42,392 bases of DNA from an uncultured Chthoniobacterales bacterium (GTDB lineage: Bacteria; Verrucomicrobiota; Verrucomicrobiia; Chthoniobacterales; JAFAMB01): positions 1 through 42,392 of the forward strand of contig CAXUNV010000003.1 of NCBI GenBank assembly GCA_964252355.1, read 5' to 3'. The stretch's first letter is position 1. Each line of letters opens with the position of its first letter. Under the pieces are notes generated by a model. It saw only the letters and a list, made by a program, of their open reading frames with translations. It made no database searches and had not been told where the DNA came from. The position numbers were made by a program, and so were the translations under genes. Of this stretch, positions 26,832 through 36,760 are shown piece after piece.

Positions 26832-28169
26832 TTATCGCCCCATCCCGTAGACCATCGGGGTCGGCACAACCGGCGGTTGCACTGGTTTCGACGCCCGATT
26901 CGGCACCGCCGGGTGCGCCCGCGGTGATGCCTGAAGCCCAGCCAGAGTGGCCAGAAAGTAGAGCCAGACCAACTGCATCTGGTCGAAGTAGGTGATAGAG
27001 AAAAGGATTCCGACCGATCCGACCAAGGTCGCGCCCAAGCCCCAGGCCAACCTCTCCGTTGTCGGGTGACGGCCCGCGTTGGCTCTCAAGGCCGTGCCAA
27101 CGCGCCCGAAGCAGCGTACCACCAACCAGATCGACAACCCCAAGCCGAGCAACCCCCCGTACACACCGTCCGCGACGAACCGGTTCGTAAGGTCTGCCGT
27201 TCCATAGATGGGCAAGCGGTAAGCGAACCAATCGCTGGTGTGTTGAGTGCCAATCAGCCACCAACGATCGAAGTGATTGACAAATTGATCAATTAGAAAC
27301 GCGCGGTGGTAGCCTCCCCCACCAACCAAGCCACTCACCCTATCTAGTAGGAACCAGACTGGGGCCTTCATGATCAACTGCAACGCGACTAAGCCCCCAA
27401 CAAGCGCCCAGCGGATCGCACGAACGTGGCGACGCAAAGGCCAGCACGCAAAAGCAACAAAACCGAGGATCATGCCGAGAAAAGGACCACTCGAACGCGC
27501 GCACATGACAATCAGCACCGACAGAACCGAACCGAGCAGCAACGGAAGGCGCGGCCGCAGCCTGGCGAAAAGCGCTGTGGCGAAAAGGAGCGCAAGGGTA
27601 GCGCCAAAAGCGCCTGCGGTGATCGGGTTTCGGAACGGCCCCTCCGCGCGCACGTGCCCGCTGCGAACCCAAGAGATTTCGTAGACGCCGCCAAAGGCAG
27701 AGTACAGGTTTTTACCTGTAAACGATTCCAACAGCAGCAACGCACACAGCGGAATCAGCATTAGGGCGATTCCAGGTAGAAGCCTAAGCCCCTCAAACTC
27801 TTCCCGGAGCAAACTCCGGAACACCAAATAGCAGCAAGCGTTGTAGAGGTTTCCGAGCTGGAAAATCAGCTCCTTCGAAGTGCCGAGTCGGACGACGCAA
27901 ATGGCTGCTATGACCAACGTATAAGCGGCAAAGATTCGATCCACTTTGTTCCAGCGGACACGGCTCAGTTCGCCACGGCTGATGACCCGAAGCAGTCCTG
28001 CCAACATGACGAACCGCCAGGCGGTGAAATGAAAACCCAACACGTCGAGCGGTTGGCCCTCCGTGAGAAAACAGGCAGAAGCCAACATCGCGAAGGCCGC
28101 GCCGCGCCGAGACAAAGCGACGACCAGCATGGCCAGAATGACGGCGAGCGAGGCTCCTAAGGGCGTCAT
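26832..28169 (-). CDS. O-antigen ligase/polymerase-like (Wzy_C family) integral membrane protein
   Basis: 445 aa with about 10-12 TM segments. A periplasmic-loop motif, HVRAEGPFRNPITAGAFGATLALL, resembles the Wzy_C R..G.f..pN signature. Confidence 0.7.
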   Translation of the reverse strand: MTPLGASLAVILAMLVVALSRRGAAFAMLASACFLTEGQPLDVLGFHFTAWRFVMLAGLLRVISRGELSRVRWNKVDRIFAAYTLVIAAICVVRLGTSKELIFQLGNLYNACCYLVFRSLLREEFEGLRLLPGIALMLIPLCALLLLESFTGKNLYSAFGGVYEISWVRSGHVRAEGPFRNPITAGAFGATLALLFATALFARLRPRLPLLLGSVLSVLIVMCARSSGPFLGMILGFVAFACWPLRRHVRAIRWALVGGLVALQLIMKAPVWFLLDRVSGLVGGGGYHRAFLIDQFVNHFDRWWLIGTQHTSDWFAYRLPIYGTADLTNRFVADGVYGGLLGLGLSIWLVVRCFGRVGTALRANAGRHPTTERLAWGLGATLVGSVGILFSITYFDQMQLVWLYFLATLAGLQASPRAHPAVPNRASKPVQPPVVPTPMVYGMGR

Positions 28170-28214
28170 TGCTTTAAACCCTGCCCTTGTTAGTTTGGCT
28201 CAACCCGGCCATCG

Positions 28215-29291
28215 TCAACGAGTTGCTGCGCCCGCGAGTTCCACGGAAGCTTCCGCCATCCGGTTCGCGCGTGCCGCCGGTCGGCTGAGGAGACCGCTCG
28301 CGGCAGCCCAGGAAGGCGGCAGTCCCCGGGTGATCTCGATCTCTTCGAAGATGTTACTGGTCCGTGCACCGTGTCCCTTGACCCAGTCCGCCATCAAAGA
28401 CAAACCTTCCTGCAAAGGGGTGCTGCGGCGCGCGCCAAAAACTTCCCGCGCTTTGGAGTGATCCGAAAAAGCGATCTTGACCTCGTTGCGAGGCTCCAGA
28501 TGTTGCACCCGGCATTCTTTGCCCATGACACGCGCGACGGTCCGGGCAAGTTCGTTGACGGTGATCGGGACCTCGGCGCCCACGTTGAAGATTTCGTTGC
28601 GTGCCGCCGGCAGGTCCGCCGATGCAGCGATGATCGGAGCCACATCCTGGATGTGGGTGAACGCGCGCTCCTGTTCACCGTCGCCGAACACCGTCATCGG
28701 CTGGTCTTGGAGGAGTTGGTTCATGAAGATGCCCACCACGTTGCGGTAGCGGTCCCCGATGTTCTGACGCTCGCCGTAGACGTTGTGGGGCCGAAAGATC
28801 ACGTAGTCGAGGCCGAACATCTCGTGCGAGACTTTCAACTCCTGCTCGATCGCGAGCTTGGCGATCCCGTAAGAATCTTCCGGGACCGGGGCCATGTCTT
28901 CGCGAAGGGGGGTTTGCCCGGCGCCGTACACGGCGATGGACGAGGTGAAGATGAAGCGCTTCACGTCGTGGTTGACCGCGGCGTTGATGAGGTTAACCGA
29001 CCCGACCACGTTGTTGTTGTAATTGAAGCGTTTGATGAAGTGGCTAAGCCCCTCGGCGGCGTAGGCCGCCAAATGAAAAACGTAATCGAACCGGCACTGC
29101 GCGAACAAACCGTTGACCAGTTCGTGATCCAGGACCGAGCCTTGGATGAACGCTGCGCCGGCCGGGACGTTGTCCGAACTGCCTCCACTGAGGTCGTCGA
29201 GCACGACGACGCGGTGGCCGGCGGCGAGTAGGCTGCTAACCACGTGCGAACCGATGAAGCCGGCACCGCCCGTGACGAGTGATGTTTTCAT
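28215..29291 (-). CDS. NAD-dependent epimerase/dehydratase (extended SDR)
   Basis: The ATG at 29291 gives MKTSLVTGGAGFIGSH. Also present are YGIAKLA (YxxxK) and FRPHNVYGERQ. Confidence 0.8.
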   Translation of the reverse strand: MKTSLVTGGAGFIGSHVVSSLLAAGHRVVVLDDLSGGSSDNVPAGAAFIQGSVLDHELVNGLFAQCRFDYVFHLAAYAAEGLSHFIKRFNYNNNVVGSVNLINAAVNHDVKRFIFTSSIAVYGAGQTPLREDMAPVPEDSYGIAKLAIEQELKVSHEMFGLDYVIFRPHNVYGERQNIGDRYRNVVGIFMNQLLQDQPMTVFGDGEQERAFTHIQDVAPIIAASADLPAARNEIFNVGAEVPITVNELARTVARVMGKECRVQHLEPRNEVKIAFSDHSKAREVFGARRSTPLQEGLSLMADWVKGHGARTSNIFEEIEITRGLPPSWAAASGLLSRPAARANRMAEASVELAGAATR

Positions 29292-29331
29292 AGATGGGAT
29301 GAGATAAAAGGTTGGGAATGCCCGGCAGGCC

Positions 29332-30366
29332 TTAAGCGGTGGCCGGAGCTTGGGCACGGCGCGCCTGCAGCTCTGAGAAAGAGACTAACGGCTCGTAACC
29401 CGCATCGGGCTCCTCTCCAGACTCGATGAACCGGAGCGGCTGCAAACGGCGGTGCCACCGCGCCGCCACCCGGTACATGCTCAAACGATTCCGGACGGTC
29501 TCCGTCGGGTGAACCCAGGAGATGAGCGTGTAGCCGAGCTGACGGACGTAGAGGTGCAAAAGGAAGACCCGCCGGATCTGCAGCAGGCCGCGGCGCCCGT
29601 AATGCTTGTAGAAAAACCGGTAACCGCTGCGGTAGGTCTCAAGGGCGAACCGGATGGGAAAACGTCCCACCGACTGTCCGCCGAGATGCACGATCTGCGC
29701 ATCTGGACAGAACCGGATGTTTGAGCCGGAGCGCCACACGCGGGCGCAAAGGTCGCTTTCCTCGAAGTGGTAGAAGAACTGCGGGTCGAAGCCGCCGAGG
29801 CGTTCCAGCAACTCGCGTCGGAAAAGGATGCAACACCCGGACTGAAAACCGATTTCGCGTTCGGTGTCGCCCTGCCATCCAGGGTAGAGGTCCGAGTGAA
29901 GACGAGAAGACCAGCGGCCGGGCCAACGCAGGCAAAGCGCGGCGAGCAGGTAACCGCGGATGCTCGGCAACGGTCGGGCCGGATTTTGGTAGGAGCCGTC
30001 CGGATTCAGCACGCGGCACCCGAAGGCCCCCGTCTGCGGCCGGAAATCCGCAAAGGCGACCAACTTATCCAAAGCGCGATCTTGGATGATCGTGTCGGGG
30101 TTGAGGATCAACACGTATTCCCCCACCGCCACGCGGATGCCCGCGTTGTTGCCGACGGCGAAGCCGAGGTTCGCGCAGTTTTCCAACACGCGCACTTCGG
30201 GAAAATGAGACCTGATGTAGGCCACGGAACCGTCCGTGGAGCCGTTGTCGGAAACGATGACCTCGTAGTTGGCCAGATGCGTCTCGCGGCGGATCGAGGC
30301 GAGACAATCCCCGATCACCTTCGAGTCATTCCAGCAGAGGATGACGATGGAGAGCTTCATGTGCAT
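29332..30366 (-). CDS. Glycosyltransferase family 2
   Basis: The ATG at 30366 gives MHMKLSIVILCWNDSKVIGDCLASI...VIVSDNGSTDGS and ILNPDT (DxD-like). The long upstream ORF extension (to 30816) overlaps asnB and is Arg/Pro-rich. Confidence 0.8.
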   Translation of the reverse strand: MHMKLSIVILCWNDSKVIGDCLASIRRETHLANYEVIVSDNGSTDGSVAYIRSHFPEVRVLENCANLGFAVGNNAGIRVAVGEYVLILNPDTIIQDRALDKLVAFADFRPQTGAFGCRVLNPDGSYQNPARPLPSIRGYLLAALCLRWPGRWSSRLHSDLYPGWQGDTEREIGFQSGCCILFRRELLERLGGFDPQFFYHFEESDLCARVWRSGSNIRFCPDAQIVHLGGQSVGRFPIRFALETYRSGYRFFYKHYGRRGLLQIRRVFLLHLYVRQLGYTLISWVHPTETVRNRLSMYRVAARWHRRLQPLRFIESGEEPDAGYEPLVSFSELQARRAQAPATA

Positions 30367-30377
30367 GGGTGTGCCGT

Positions 30378-32288
30378 TCACGGGCAGCTTTGAGCATCGA
30401 CGAATTCGCGATGCCATAGCTCCAACGTGAGCAACGAAAAGATTTCTTTCCCAAAAGTGCCTTCGGCCGCGTGATCCTTCAGGAGGCGTTCCACGGCCTC
30501 CCGGCGGAAGTATCCTCGCCGCGTCGCGCGGTCGCTGAGGAGAACGTCGTGAACAAAGCCGGTCAGATCCTCCCGCAGCCAACGGTTGACCGGGACAGGC
30601 AAGCCCGCCTTCGGCCGGTTGAGGATTTCGGGCGGCAGACGGTCTTTGAAGGCGCGCTTGAGGATGCGTTTGGTGTTCCAGCCGTTGACCTTGAAGTTTG
30701 TGGGCAGGCGGGCCGCAAATTCCAGGACCTTGTGGTCGAGCAGCGGCACCCGCAGCTCGAGCGAGTTGGCCATGGTCATCTTGTCGGCTTTGATCAGCAG
30801 GTCGTCTGGCAGCCACGTCTTGCTGTCGACGTAGAGCATCTGGTTGAGCGCTGGTTGCGGCGCAGCTTGATCCGCCACGGTGGCGAACAACTCACCGATG
30901 AGTTGCGAACTGGCGCCAAAATCCGCGTCGCCATAGAAGTCACGGGTGCAAAGTTCCTTACGGTGTCGGTTAAAGTGGCTGAACGGCGTGCCTACCCGGC
31001 TATAGTAGAACGAGGCAAGCGGCAGCCGAAACAGCGGTCCATACTTCGCGAACATGCCAAGGGCGGCGACGCCGCCCAGGCGCTCCAACGTCGTTCCCAC
31101 CACCGGTCGCAAAGGTCCGGCCAGCGTTTTGAGCCTTTCCAGCAGGACGAGGTTACGGTAGGTCTGGTATCCTCCAAATGCCTCGTCGCCGCCCTCTCCG
31201 GAGATGACCACTTTCACGTGTGCGCGGGCCAGCTTGGCAACGTAATACAACGCCACGGCCGGCGCTTCGCAGACCGGTTCCTCCATGTGACGGACGTAAG
31301 CGGGCAGAAAGTTCAGGAACTCCCCCGCGGAAATCGTCGTCTCGTGGTAGTTCGCCCCAAAGCGATCCGCGGCCAAGCGGGCGAACGGTCGTTCGTCCGG
31401 AACTCCGGGGCAATCGAACCCAATGGTGAAGGTGTCGACGGGCGACCCCGACGCTTCGGCGACGCAGCCGAGCATGACGGTCGAATCGATTCCGCCGCTT
31501 AGCAGCACACCCACGGGGACGTCGCTCGCGAGGTGGTCCCGGACGGTTTGCGAGACCAGTTCACGCAATTCCGCGCCAGCTTGGGGGAGCGAACGGTCCC
31601 GGCGCGGCGACGGGAACTCCAGATCCCAATACCGGTGGCACGCGACGCGCCCTCCACGCGCGAGCAGGTAGTGACCAGGCTCCAGCTTGGTGATGTTTCC
31701 AAAAAGCGTGCGGTCGCCAGGAAGGTAGAGGAACGTCAGAAACCGGTGGATGCTCTGCAGGTCAAGTTCTGGGGAGGACTCCCCGTCCCGAAGCAACGCC
31801 TTGATTTCGGACGCAAAACGGAGAGCGCCGTCGGTCTGCGTATAATAGAGAGGTTTGATGCCGAGACGGTCGCGAGCCACCAGAAGCGTGCGCTGCTCGC
31901 CATCCCAGATCGCGAAGGCAAACATGCCGCGGAGCCGCTGGAGGCAGCCGACCCCGTATTCCTCGTAAAGGTGAACGATCACCTCTGAATCCGATTGCGT
32001 CTGGAAACGATGACCTTTGGCGGCGAGTTCCTCGCGCAACTCGCGGTAGTTATAAATCTCACCGTTGTAGACCAACCAGATCGTCCCCGTCTCGTTGGTC
32101 ATCGGCTGATCACCCGTGCTCAGGTCGATGATGGCCAACCGGGTGTGCCCAAGGCCGACCGGCCCCGAGACGAACTTTCCCGAACCGTCCGGGCCCCGGT
32201 GCGAAAGCGCCTGGATCATGCGGTCCAAGTCCGGGGAGGTCACCTCGCCGTCCGGCCGCAGGTTGATTTTGCCGCAAATTCCGCACAT
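30378..32288 (-). CDS. Asparagine synthase (glutamine-hydrolysing)-family amidotransferase, EPS-locus type
   Basis: MCGICG (Ntn catalytic Cys2), HRGPDG, and LLSGGIDST (PP-loop). 636 aa, full length. Confidence 0.9.
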   Translation of the reverse strand: MCGICGKINLRPDGEVTSPDLDRMIQALSHRGPDGSGKFVSGPVGLGHTRLAIIDLSTGDQPMTNETGTIWLVYNGEIYNYRELREELAAKGHRFQTQSDSEVIVHLYEEYGVGCLQRLRGMFAFAIWDGEQRTLLVARDRLGIKPLYYTQTDGALRFASEIKALLRDGESSPELDLQSIHRFLTFLYLPGDRTLFGNITKLEPGHYLLARGGRVACHRYWDLEFPSPRRDRSLPQAGAELRELVSQTVRDHLASDVPVGVLLSGGIDSTVMLGCVAEASGSPVDTFTIGFDCPGVPDERPFARLAADRFGANYHETTISAGEFLNFLPAYVRHMEEPVCEAPAVALYYVAKLARAHVKVVISGEGGDEAFGGYQTYRNLVLLERLKTLAGPLRPVVGTTLERLGGVAALGMFAKYGPLFRLPLASFYYSRVGTPFSHFNRHRKELCTRDFYGDADFGASSQLIGELFATVADQAAPQPALNQMLYVDSKTWLPDDLLIKADKMTMANSLELRVPLLDHKVLEFAARLPTNFKVNGWNTKRILKRAFKDRLPPEILNRPKAGLPVPVNRWLREDLTGFVHDVLLSDRATRRGYFRREAVERLLKDHAAEGTFGKEIFSLLTLELWHREFVDAQSCP

Positions 32289-32325
32289 GGCAGTTTTTGG
32301 CTACCGTCGCTTCCGCGAAACGCGC

Positions 32326-33225
32326 CTAATTCCAGAGGCTCCGCCGACCCAAGAGGCGACGGAACTGTTGACGTTGGAAGTAGCGAATCAGGTCCGGGTC
32401 CGGAACTCGCCAACCCTTACGCAGGTACTCCCCGGCATAACCGGCCGCCAACCCAAGCGCCGCTACGCCGTAAGGCTTGCGCAACGCCCGCGAAGCGCAC
32501 TTGGCAAGCATGAAAACCGGGTGGTAGCCGGAGGCATAGTTGGCTTGGCCGTTCTTGATCCAGTTCGCCCAGGTCCCGTAGGCCGCACCGGTTGGCCGGT
32601 GGTGCAACATCGGGATGTCGTTGAAAGTGCGGGTAGACCAGCCGAGCATGTTGGCTTTCAGTTCGTCCAGCGTATCCCAACCGACCACGCGCACGAGGCC
32701 GCCGATCGCTTTCCAGCAGGCCTGCCGGTAAACCTTCGTGGCGCCACGCACGTGAAAGACCGGATCGACGGTGGACTCCGGCACCAGGGCGCCCTGCACG
32801 GATTTGCAGACCAAGCCTCCCGCAATGCCGAGGCGCGGCTCGGCGGCAAAACGCTCGAACAGCAAGGCGAAGTAGTCCGGTTCGAAGGTCACGTCGCCGT
32901 CCAATTTGACGAGGTAGTCCCACGAGACGTCTCCGCAGGCATCGAGCCCCGCGTAAAATGCTTCCATGACGCCGCTGCCCGCCTGGCGCCTGCCGCGGTC
33001 GGGGCGACGCACCACGAGAATCCACGGGTGCTTGGCTGCAGCCCCGTCGGCAATGGCGGCCGTCTCGTCGCGAGAACCATCATCGACCACGACGCACCGC
33101 GCCGGCTGGACCCGTTGCGCGATGATGGACGCGAGGGTTCCGGGCAGGTGCTGGGCCTCGTCTCGCACCGGCATAATGATCAGGTAACGGTTTTGTTCCA
33201 CAACGCAGTCTCCACGATCGTGCAT
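32326..33225 (-). CDS. Glycosyltransferase family 2
   Basis: YLIIMPVRDEAQHLPGTLASI...VVVDDGSRDET and KLDGDV (DxD). Confidence 0.75.
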   Translation of the reverse strand: MHDRGDCVVEQNRYLIIMPVRDEAQHLPGTLASIIAQRVQPARCVVVDDGSRDETAAIADGAAAKHPWILVVRRPDRGRRQAGSGVMEAFYAGLDACGDVSWDYLVKLDGDVTFEPDYFALLFERFAAEPRLGIAGGLVCKSVQGALVPESTVDPVFHVRGATKVYRQACWKAIGGLVRVVGWDTLDELKANMLGWSTRTFNDIPMLHHRPTGAAYGTWANWIKNGQANYASGYHPVFMLAKCASRALRKPYGVAALGLAAGYAGEYLRKGWRVPDPDLIRYFQRQQFRRLLGRRSLWN

Positions 33226-33304
33226 GGGTTAAGTGCCGGACCGCGAGTTGCCGCCTCGGCGCGCAGCACCATCGGCCGACGGTGGCGACGCGGGACGCCG
33301 CGCG

Positions 33305-35314
33305 TCAACCCTCCAACCAGCGCGGGGCGGAGGAGCGGTTCTTGTTAAGCACCACGGCGACGTTGACTTTCGAGGAGAGCTGCGCATGGGCGCGTTTGAC
33401 GGCTTCGCGCCCACTTTTGCCTGCTTCCACCACCAACAACATTTTGTCCATGAATCCGGCCATCGGTAACGTGGCGTTGGCATCACCCAACGGCGGCATG
33501 TCGAAGATGACGTAATCGAAGGAGCTGGCCTTGTATTGGGTGATCGCCTCGTAAAACCTTTTCGGCGCGAGTGACTGATCCACCAACAGAACCTTGCTGC
33601 CCATTTCGGAACAGGCTGCCGCCAGGCCGGCCGCCAGGGTGGACGCCCCCACTCCCGCCGACAGTCCGGTCACCCCGATCAGCTTGGGTTTATGGCCGAT
33701 GTGGTTGGCCGTGAAGAAGAGAAACAACCGGTCGCGTAACGCCGCCCAGTACGCCTGGAGTGGGTCTGGGGGCGCGTTTGCCGCGGGAAGGTAGCCGGCC
33801 TTCTCTGAACTCGGCAACAAGCGGTTTCGACCCTCGCCATTCGCGTACGGTAGTGAAAGCAGGAGCGGCAAGCCAAGCCGGTCTTCCAGTTCCAATGGGG
33901 TTTTCACGGAACGGTCCAGCACCGTCTCGATCAGGAACGCCCAAGCCACGCCGAAGGCGGGTCCACCCAGCAGCAGACCTAGCACGACTTTCTTGATGTC
34001 GCGAGTGGCTTTGGCCGCCGGGGATGGTTTCTGTACCACGCTAATGTTTGGTACCCGGGACGAATCGATGGTTTCGTCGAGGCGCGCCTTCTCCAAAGTG
34101 GCGCTGTAGTATTTCAAGTTGGTTTCCTGAACCTCTTTAGTGCGTTCCAGATCGGCGATGCGCGGCCCGATCTCCGCCAAGCTTTTAGCGCGTTCGTCGA
34201 GCGCAGCCAACCGTGCCTTCAACGTCTGAGCTTTCGTGTCCAGCGCCGCCAGTCGTGCGCGCGCTGCCACTGGATCGACAAAGGCGTCCCGGTTCGACCC
34301 GGTCCCATTGGCCGCTGCAGCCACCGCCGTCAACGCCGGGTACTTCGCCTCCAGGGCACGGCGTTGCCGCGTCAAGTCATCAATCTGCGCTTGCTTGACC
34401 CGGACGGCAGCATTTTCGGGCGTATACCTGGCGAGCAGGTCGTCCAAGGTTTGCCGCAGGTATCCCAGGCGACTGTTCAGCACTTTGTAGTTTTCGACCG
34501 TCTCGGCGGTTGGTGGGGCCGTGGCCGGGGTGGCCGCCGGACTCGGGCCGGCTTGGGCCGGGACCATCTGATTGAAGGCCTCTACCCTCGCGTGCTCCTC
34601 GGCCAGGTCAGCTTCCGTGCTGTCGGCGTCCGCCTGCAGCTTCGCTTGTTCCACCGCCAAGCTCTGGGTGCTTTCCGCCAGGGAGATCACGCCGGCTTTG
34701 TCGCGCAAGGAGCGCAGGTCGGCGTTTGTCTGTCCAAGTTGCGCCTGCAACCGCTCCGTCTCGCGCCGCACGGCTTCGACGGAACCGGCCGAGCGGTGCA
34801 CCTCCAAGTGTTTTTCGAAGTAGCGCCCCAGTAGCTGCTGGAGCACAGACACCGCCAGTTCGGGGTCCCGATTGTGATAGATAACCGAGATGATGTTGCT
34901 GCCGTGAACCGCGGTGACCTCCAAACCCTTTTGCAGTCGCTGTGCGGCTTCAGCCGCAGACACTGGCGCACCCGAGTTTCCCATCAGGCGTTGCGGACCG
35001 ATGGCCTCGGCCACCTGCAAGGCGAGGTCCGTGCTGGTGAGGATTTCAACCTCCGAGTTCAGAATATTTTCACTCTGGCCATCAGGTGTCTTGACCGGCG
35101 AATCAAGGTTATCGAGGCCAGTGCGCTCTACCACGTACCTAACCAAAAGCTTCGCCTGCGACTCGTAAGCGGGCGGGAGGAGGAAGTAGACGCCTGCACC
35201 TGCGAGCACGCCGGCGAGGGCGCACAGCAGAAGTTTCCATTTATGACGAAACGCAATGAGCAGGACGTCATTCAATCCGAACCCGCGGCGTTCGTTTACA
35301 TCTTGTTCTAACAT
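33305..35314 (-). CDS. Polysaccharide co-polymerase (Wzz/GumC-like chain-length determinant) fused to a degenerate BY-kinase/MinD-like P-loop domain
   Basis: N-terminal TM plus Wzz-type PPAYESQAKLLV. A long coiled-coil periplasmic region follows, then a second TM (VVLGLLLGGPAFGVAWAFLIE). The C-terminal domain has LIGVTGLSAGVGASTLAAGLA (Walker A position), VLLVDQS (Walker A') and FDYVIFDMPP (Walker B). Confidence 0.8.
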   Translation of the reverse strand: MLEQDVNERRGFGLNDVLLIAFRHKWKLLLCALAGVLAGAGVYFLLPPAYESQAKLLVRYVVERTGLDNLDSPVKTPDGQSENILNSEVEILTSTDLALQVAEAIGPQRLMGNSGAPVSAAEAAQRLQKGLEVTAVHGSNIISVIYHNRDPELAVSVLQQLLGRYFEKHLEVHRSAGSVEAVRRETERLQAQLGQTNADLRSLRDKAGVISLAESTQSLAVEQAKLQADADSTEADLAEEHARVEAFNQMVPAQAGPSPAATPATAPPTAETVENYKVLNSRLGYLRQTLDDLLARYTPENAAVRVKQAQIDDLTRQRRALEAKYPALTAVAAAANGTGSNRDAFVDPVAARARLAALDTKAQTLKARLAALDERAKSLAEIGPRIADLERTKEVQETNLKYYSATLEKARLDETIDSSRVPNISVVQKPSPAAKATRDIKKVVLGLLLGGPAFGVAWAFLIETVLDRSVKTPLELEDRLGLPLLLSLPYANGEGRNRLLPSSEKAGYLPAANAPPDPLQAYWAALRDRLFLFFTANHIGHKPKLIGVTGLSAGVGASTLAAGLAAACSEMGSKVLLVDQSLAPKRFYEAITQYKASSFDYVIFDMPPLGDANATLPMAGFMDKMLLVVEAGKSGREAVKRAHAQLSSKVNVAVVLNKNRSSAPRWLEG

Positions 35315-35456
35315 GGCAAATAAGGCGGCTTAAACCGGCAGTGAAGGTGAGTGATTACTCAGTGGGTGAGGACCACCTGGTGACTGATGGGCGTCGGCGT
35401 TCCGCCAGCGCCAAAACGGCGGTTTCCACACCCCAATTTGGGAAGGATCGCGTGAC

Positions 35457-36752
35457 CTACGAAGCACGCTCGAGGGTGGGAAGGCTGGGGCGAGTGCGGG
35501 GCGGTCGAGAGACCAACCCGCGGATCCCTTCTAAAAAGCGGTGCTCTTCATCTCGCCAGAGGTGCCGGCGGTAGATGGCCTGACCGCGGCGGACGACCGC
35601 GTCGGTCTCGACCGGATGTCCGGCGACCCAGGCGATCCGGGCAGCCAAGCTTTGAGCATCGCCCGCCTCGAAATGAAACAGGTCCTCTGGACCAAAGTAG
35701 TCGGCGACGCCGCGCGTGCGCGGCGTGATGACGGGTTTGCCAAGGGCGAGGTACTCGAAGATGCGCGTCGGCAAGTTGATCTCGGTGAAGATGGTCCGCA
35801 GGTTGGGAACCAAGCCCAGGTCGCACCCGGCGACGGCGCGGGCAATGACCTCCTGGGGCTGTTCGCCGAAAGTCTTCACCAAGTCGGAAACCCCGAGCTG
35901 CTCCACCAGCGGCAACACAACCTGGCGCAGGTACTCGGTGGGCTCTCCGTAGATGTGGAAACGCAAATTCGGGATCTGGTCGCGCAAAGGCGCAAGCGCT
36001 CGGACGGCGTCATGCAAGCCGTGCCGTTCCACCAGCGTGCCGTGGTACATCAACGTGAAAGGGCGCTCGACGCCTCCGGCGCGGACCACCGGTTCCGTCA
36101 AGGGAAACCAGCGTTCCGAGGGCGTGTTCATGACGATGCCGATTTTCTCGGTCGGACAACCGCGGGCCACAAACAGGCTTTGAAAGGCTAAGTTAGGCGT
36201 CAAAACAAGGTCGGCAAACCGGACGCTCCAACGCTCTACCCGTTGGAGGGCGGAGACCAACCAGTGCCCCGGCGAAAGGCCGTAGATGGTGATGAAGACC
36301 TCCGGGGTTGGGTCGTGCAAGTCGAGGATGACGCGGCTGCCGAGCACCTTCGCGAGCGCGGTGCTGAAGACCAAAAAGTCGGGCATGTTATGCACGTGCA
36401 CCACGTCGTGGCGCCAGGGGAAGCCGCGGCGAGCCAACCACGCGAATGCCAGGCAGAGGAACACCAAATACTGATAGAGGTAGGCGAGCCGCCCGGAACG
36501 TCGCTTCTTCAGGGAAGAGCGAAACACCCGCACGCCGTTGATGACTTCCCGCCGCGGCTCGTCAGGCATCTGCTGCAAGCAGAGCAAGTCGACGACCATG
36601 CCGGCGGACGCCATCGCCTCGGCACTGCGACGGATCCGTGTGTCGGAAGGGTAGAAGGCAAAGGCCAACACCGCCGCCCGTTTCCCGTGCAGCGGGTCTA
36701 AAGCGGAGTGGAGCTTAGCCGGGGGCATAGGAGCCGTTTCCATTTTACGCAT
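35457..36752 (-). CDS. Glycosyltransferase family 4 (GT-B fold)
   Basis: The ATG at 36752 gives MRKMETAP... Also present are VHVHNMPDFLVF, ILDLHDPTPEVF, and the C-terminal NLPTRIFEYLALGKPVITPRTRG. Confidence 0.7.
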   Translation of the reverse strand: MRKMETAPMPPAKLHSALDPLHGKRAAVLAFAFYPSDTRIRRSAEAMASAGMVVDLLCLQQMPDEPRREVINGVRVFRSSLKKRRSGRLAYLYQYLVFLCLAFAWLARRGFPWRHDVVHVHNMPDFLVFSTALAKVLGSRVILDLHDPTPEVFITIYGLSPGHWLVSALQRVERWSVRFADLVLTPNLAFQSLFVARGCPTEKIGIVMNTPSERWFPLTEPVVRAGGVERPFTLMYHGTLVERHGLHDAVRALAPLRDQIPNLRFHIYGEPTEYLRQVVLPLVEQLGVSDLVKTFGEQPQEVIARAVAGCDLGLVPNLRTIFTEINLPTRIFEYLALGKPVITPRTRGVADYFGPEDLFHFEAGDAQSLAARIAWVAGHPVETDAVVRRGQAIYRRHLWRDEEHRFLEGIRGLVSRPPRTRPSLPTLERAS

Positions 36753-36760
36753 GGGGAGCT

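Noticed and set aside
26832-28169. Considered whether the 445-aa polytopic membrane protein is the missing exosortase.
   Set aside because: The loop motif RAEGPFRNPITAG and the overall size and topology fit Wzy_C/O-antigen-ligase proteins. I see no exosortase-like conserved Cys/Arg/His arrangement. This needs an HMM check to be sure.
30471-33348. Two long plus-strand ORFs (30471..31502 and 32116..33348) across asnB and the GT2 gene.
   Set aside because: They are antisense to genes with unambiguous catalytic motifs (MCGICG and SGGIDS; DDGSRD). Their composition is dominated by Arg, Gly, Ala and Pro, which is typical of GC-rich frame shadows.
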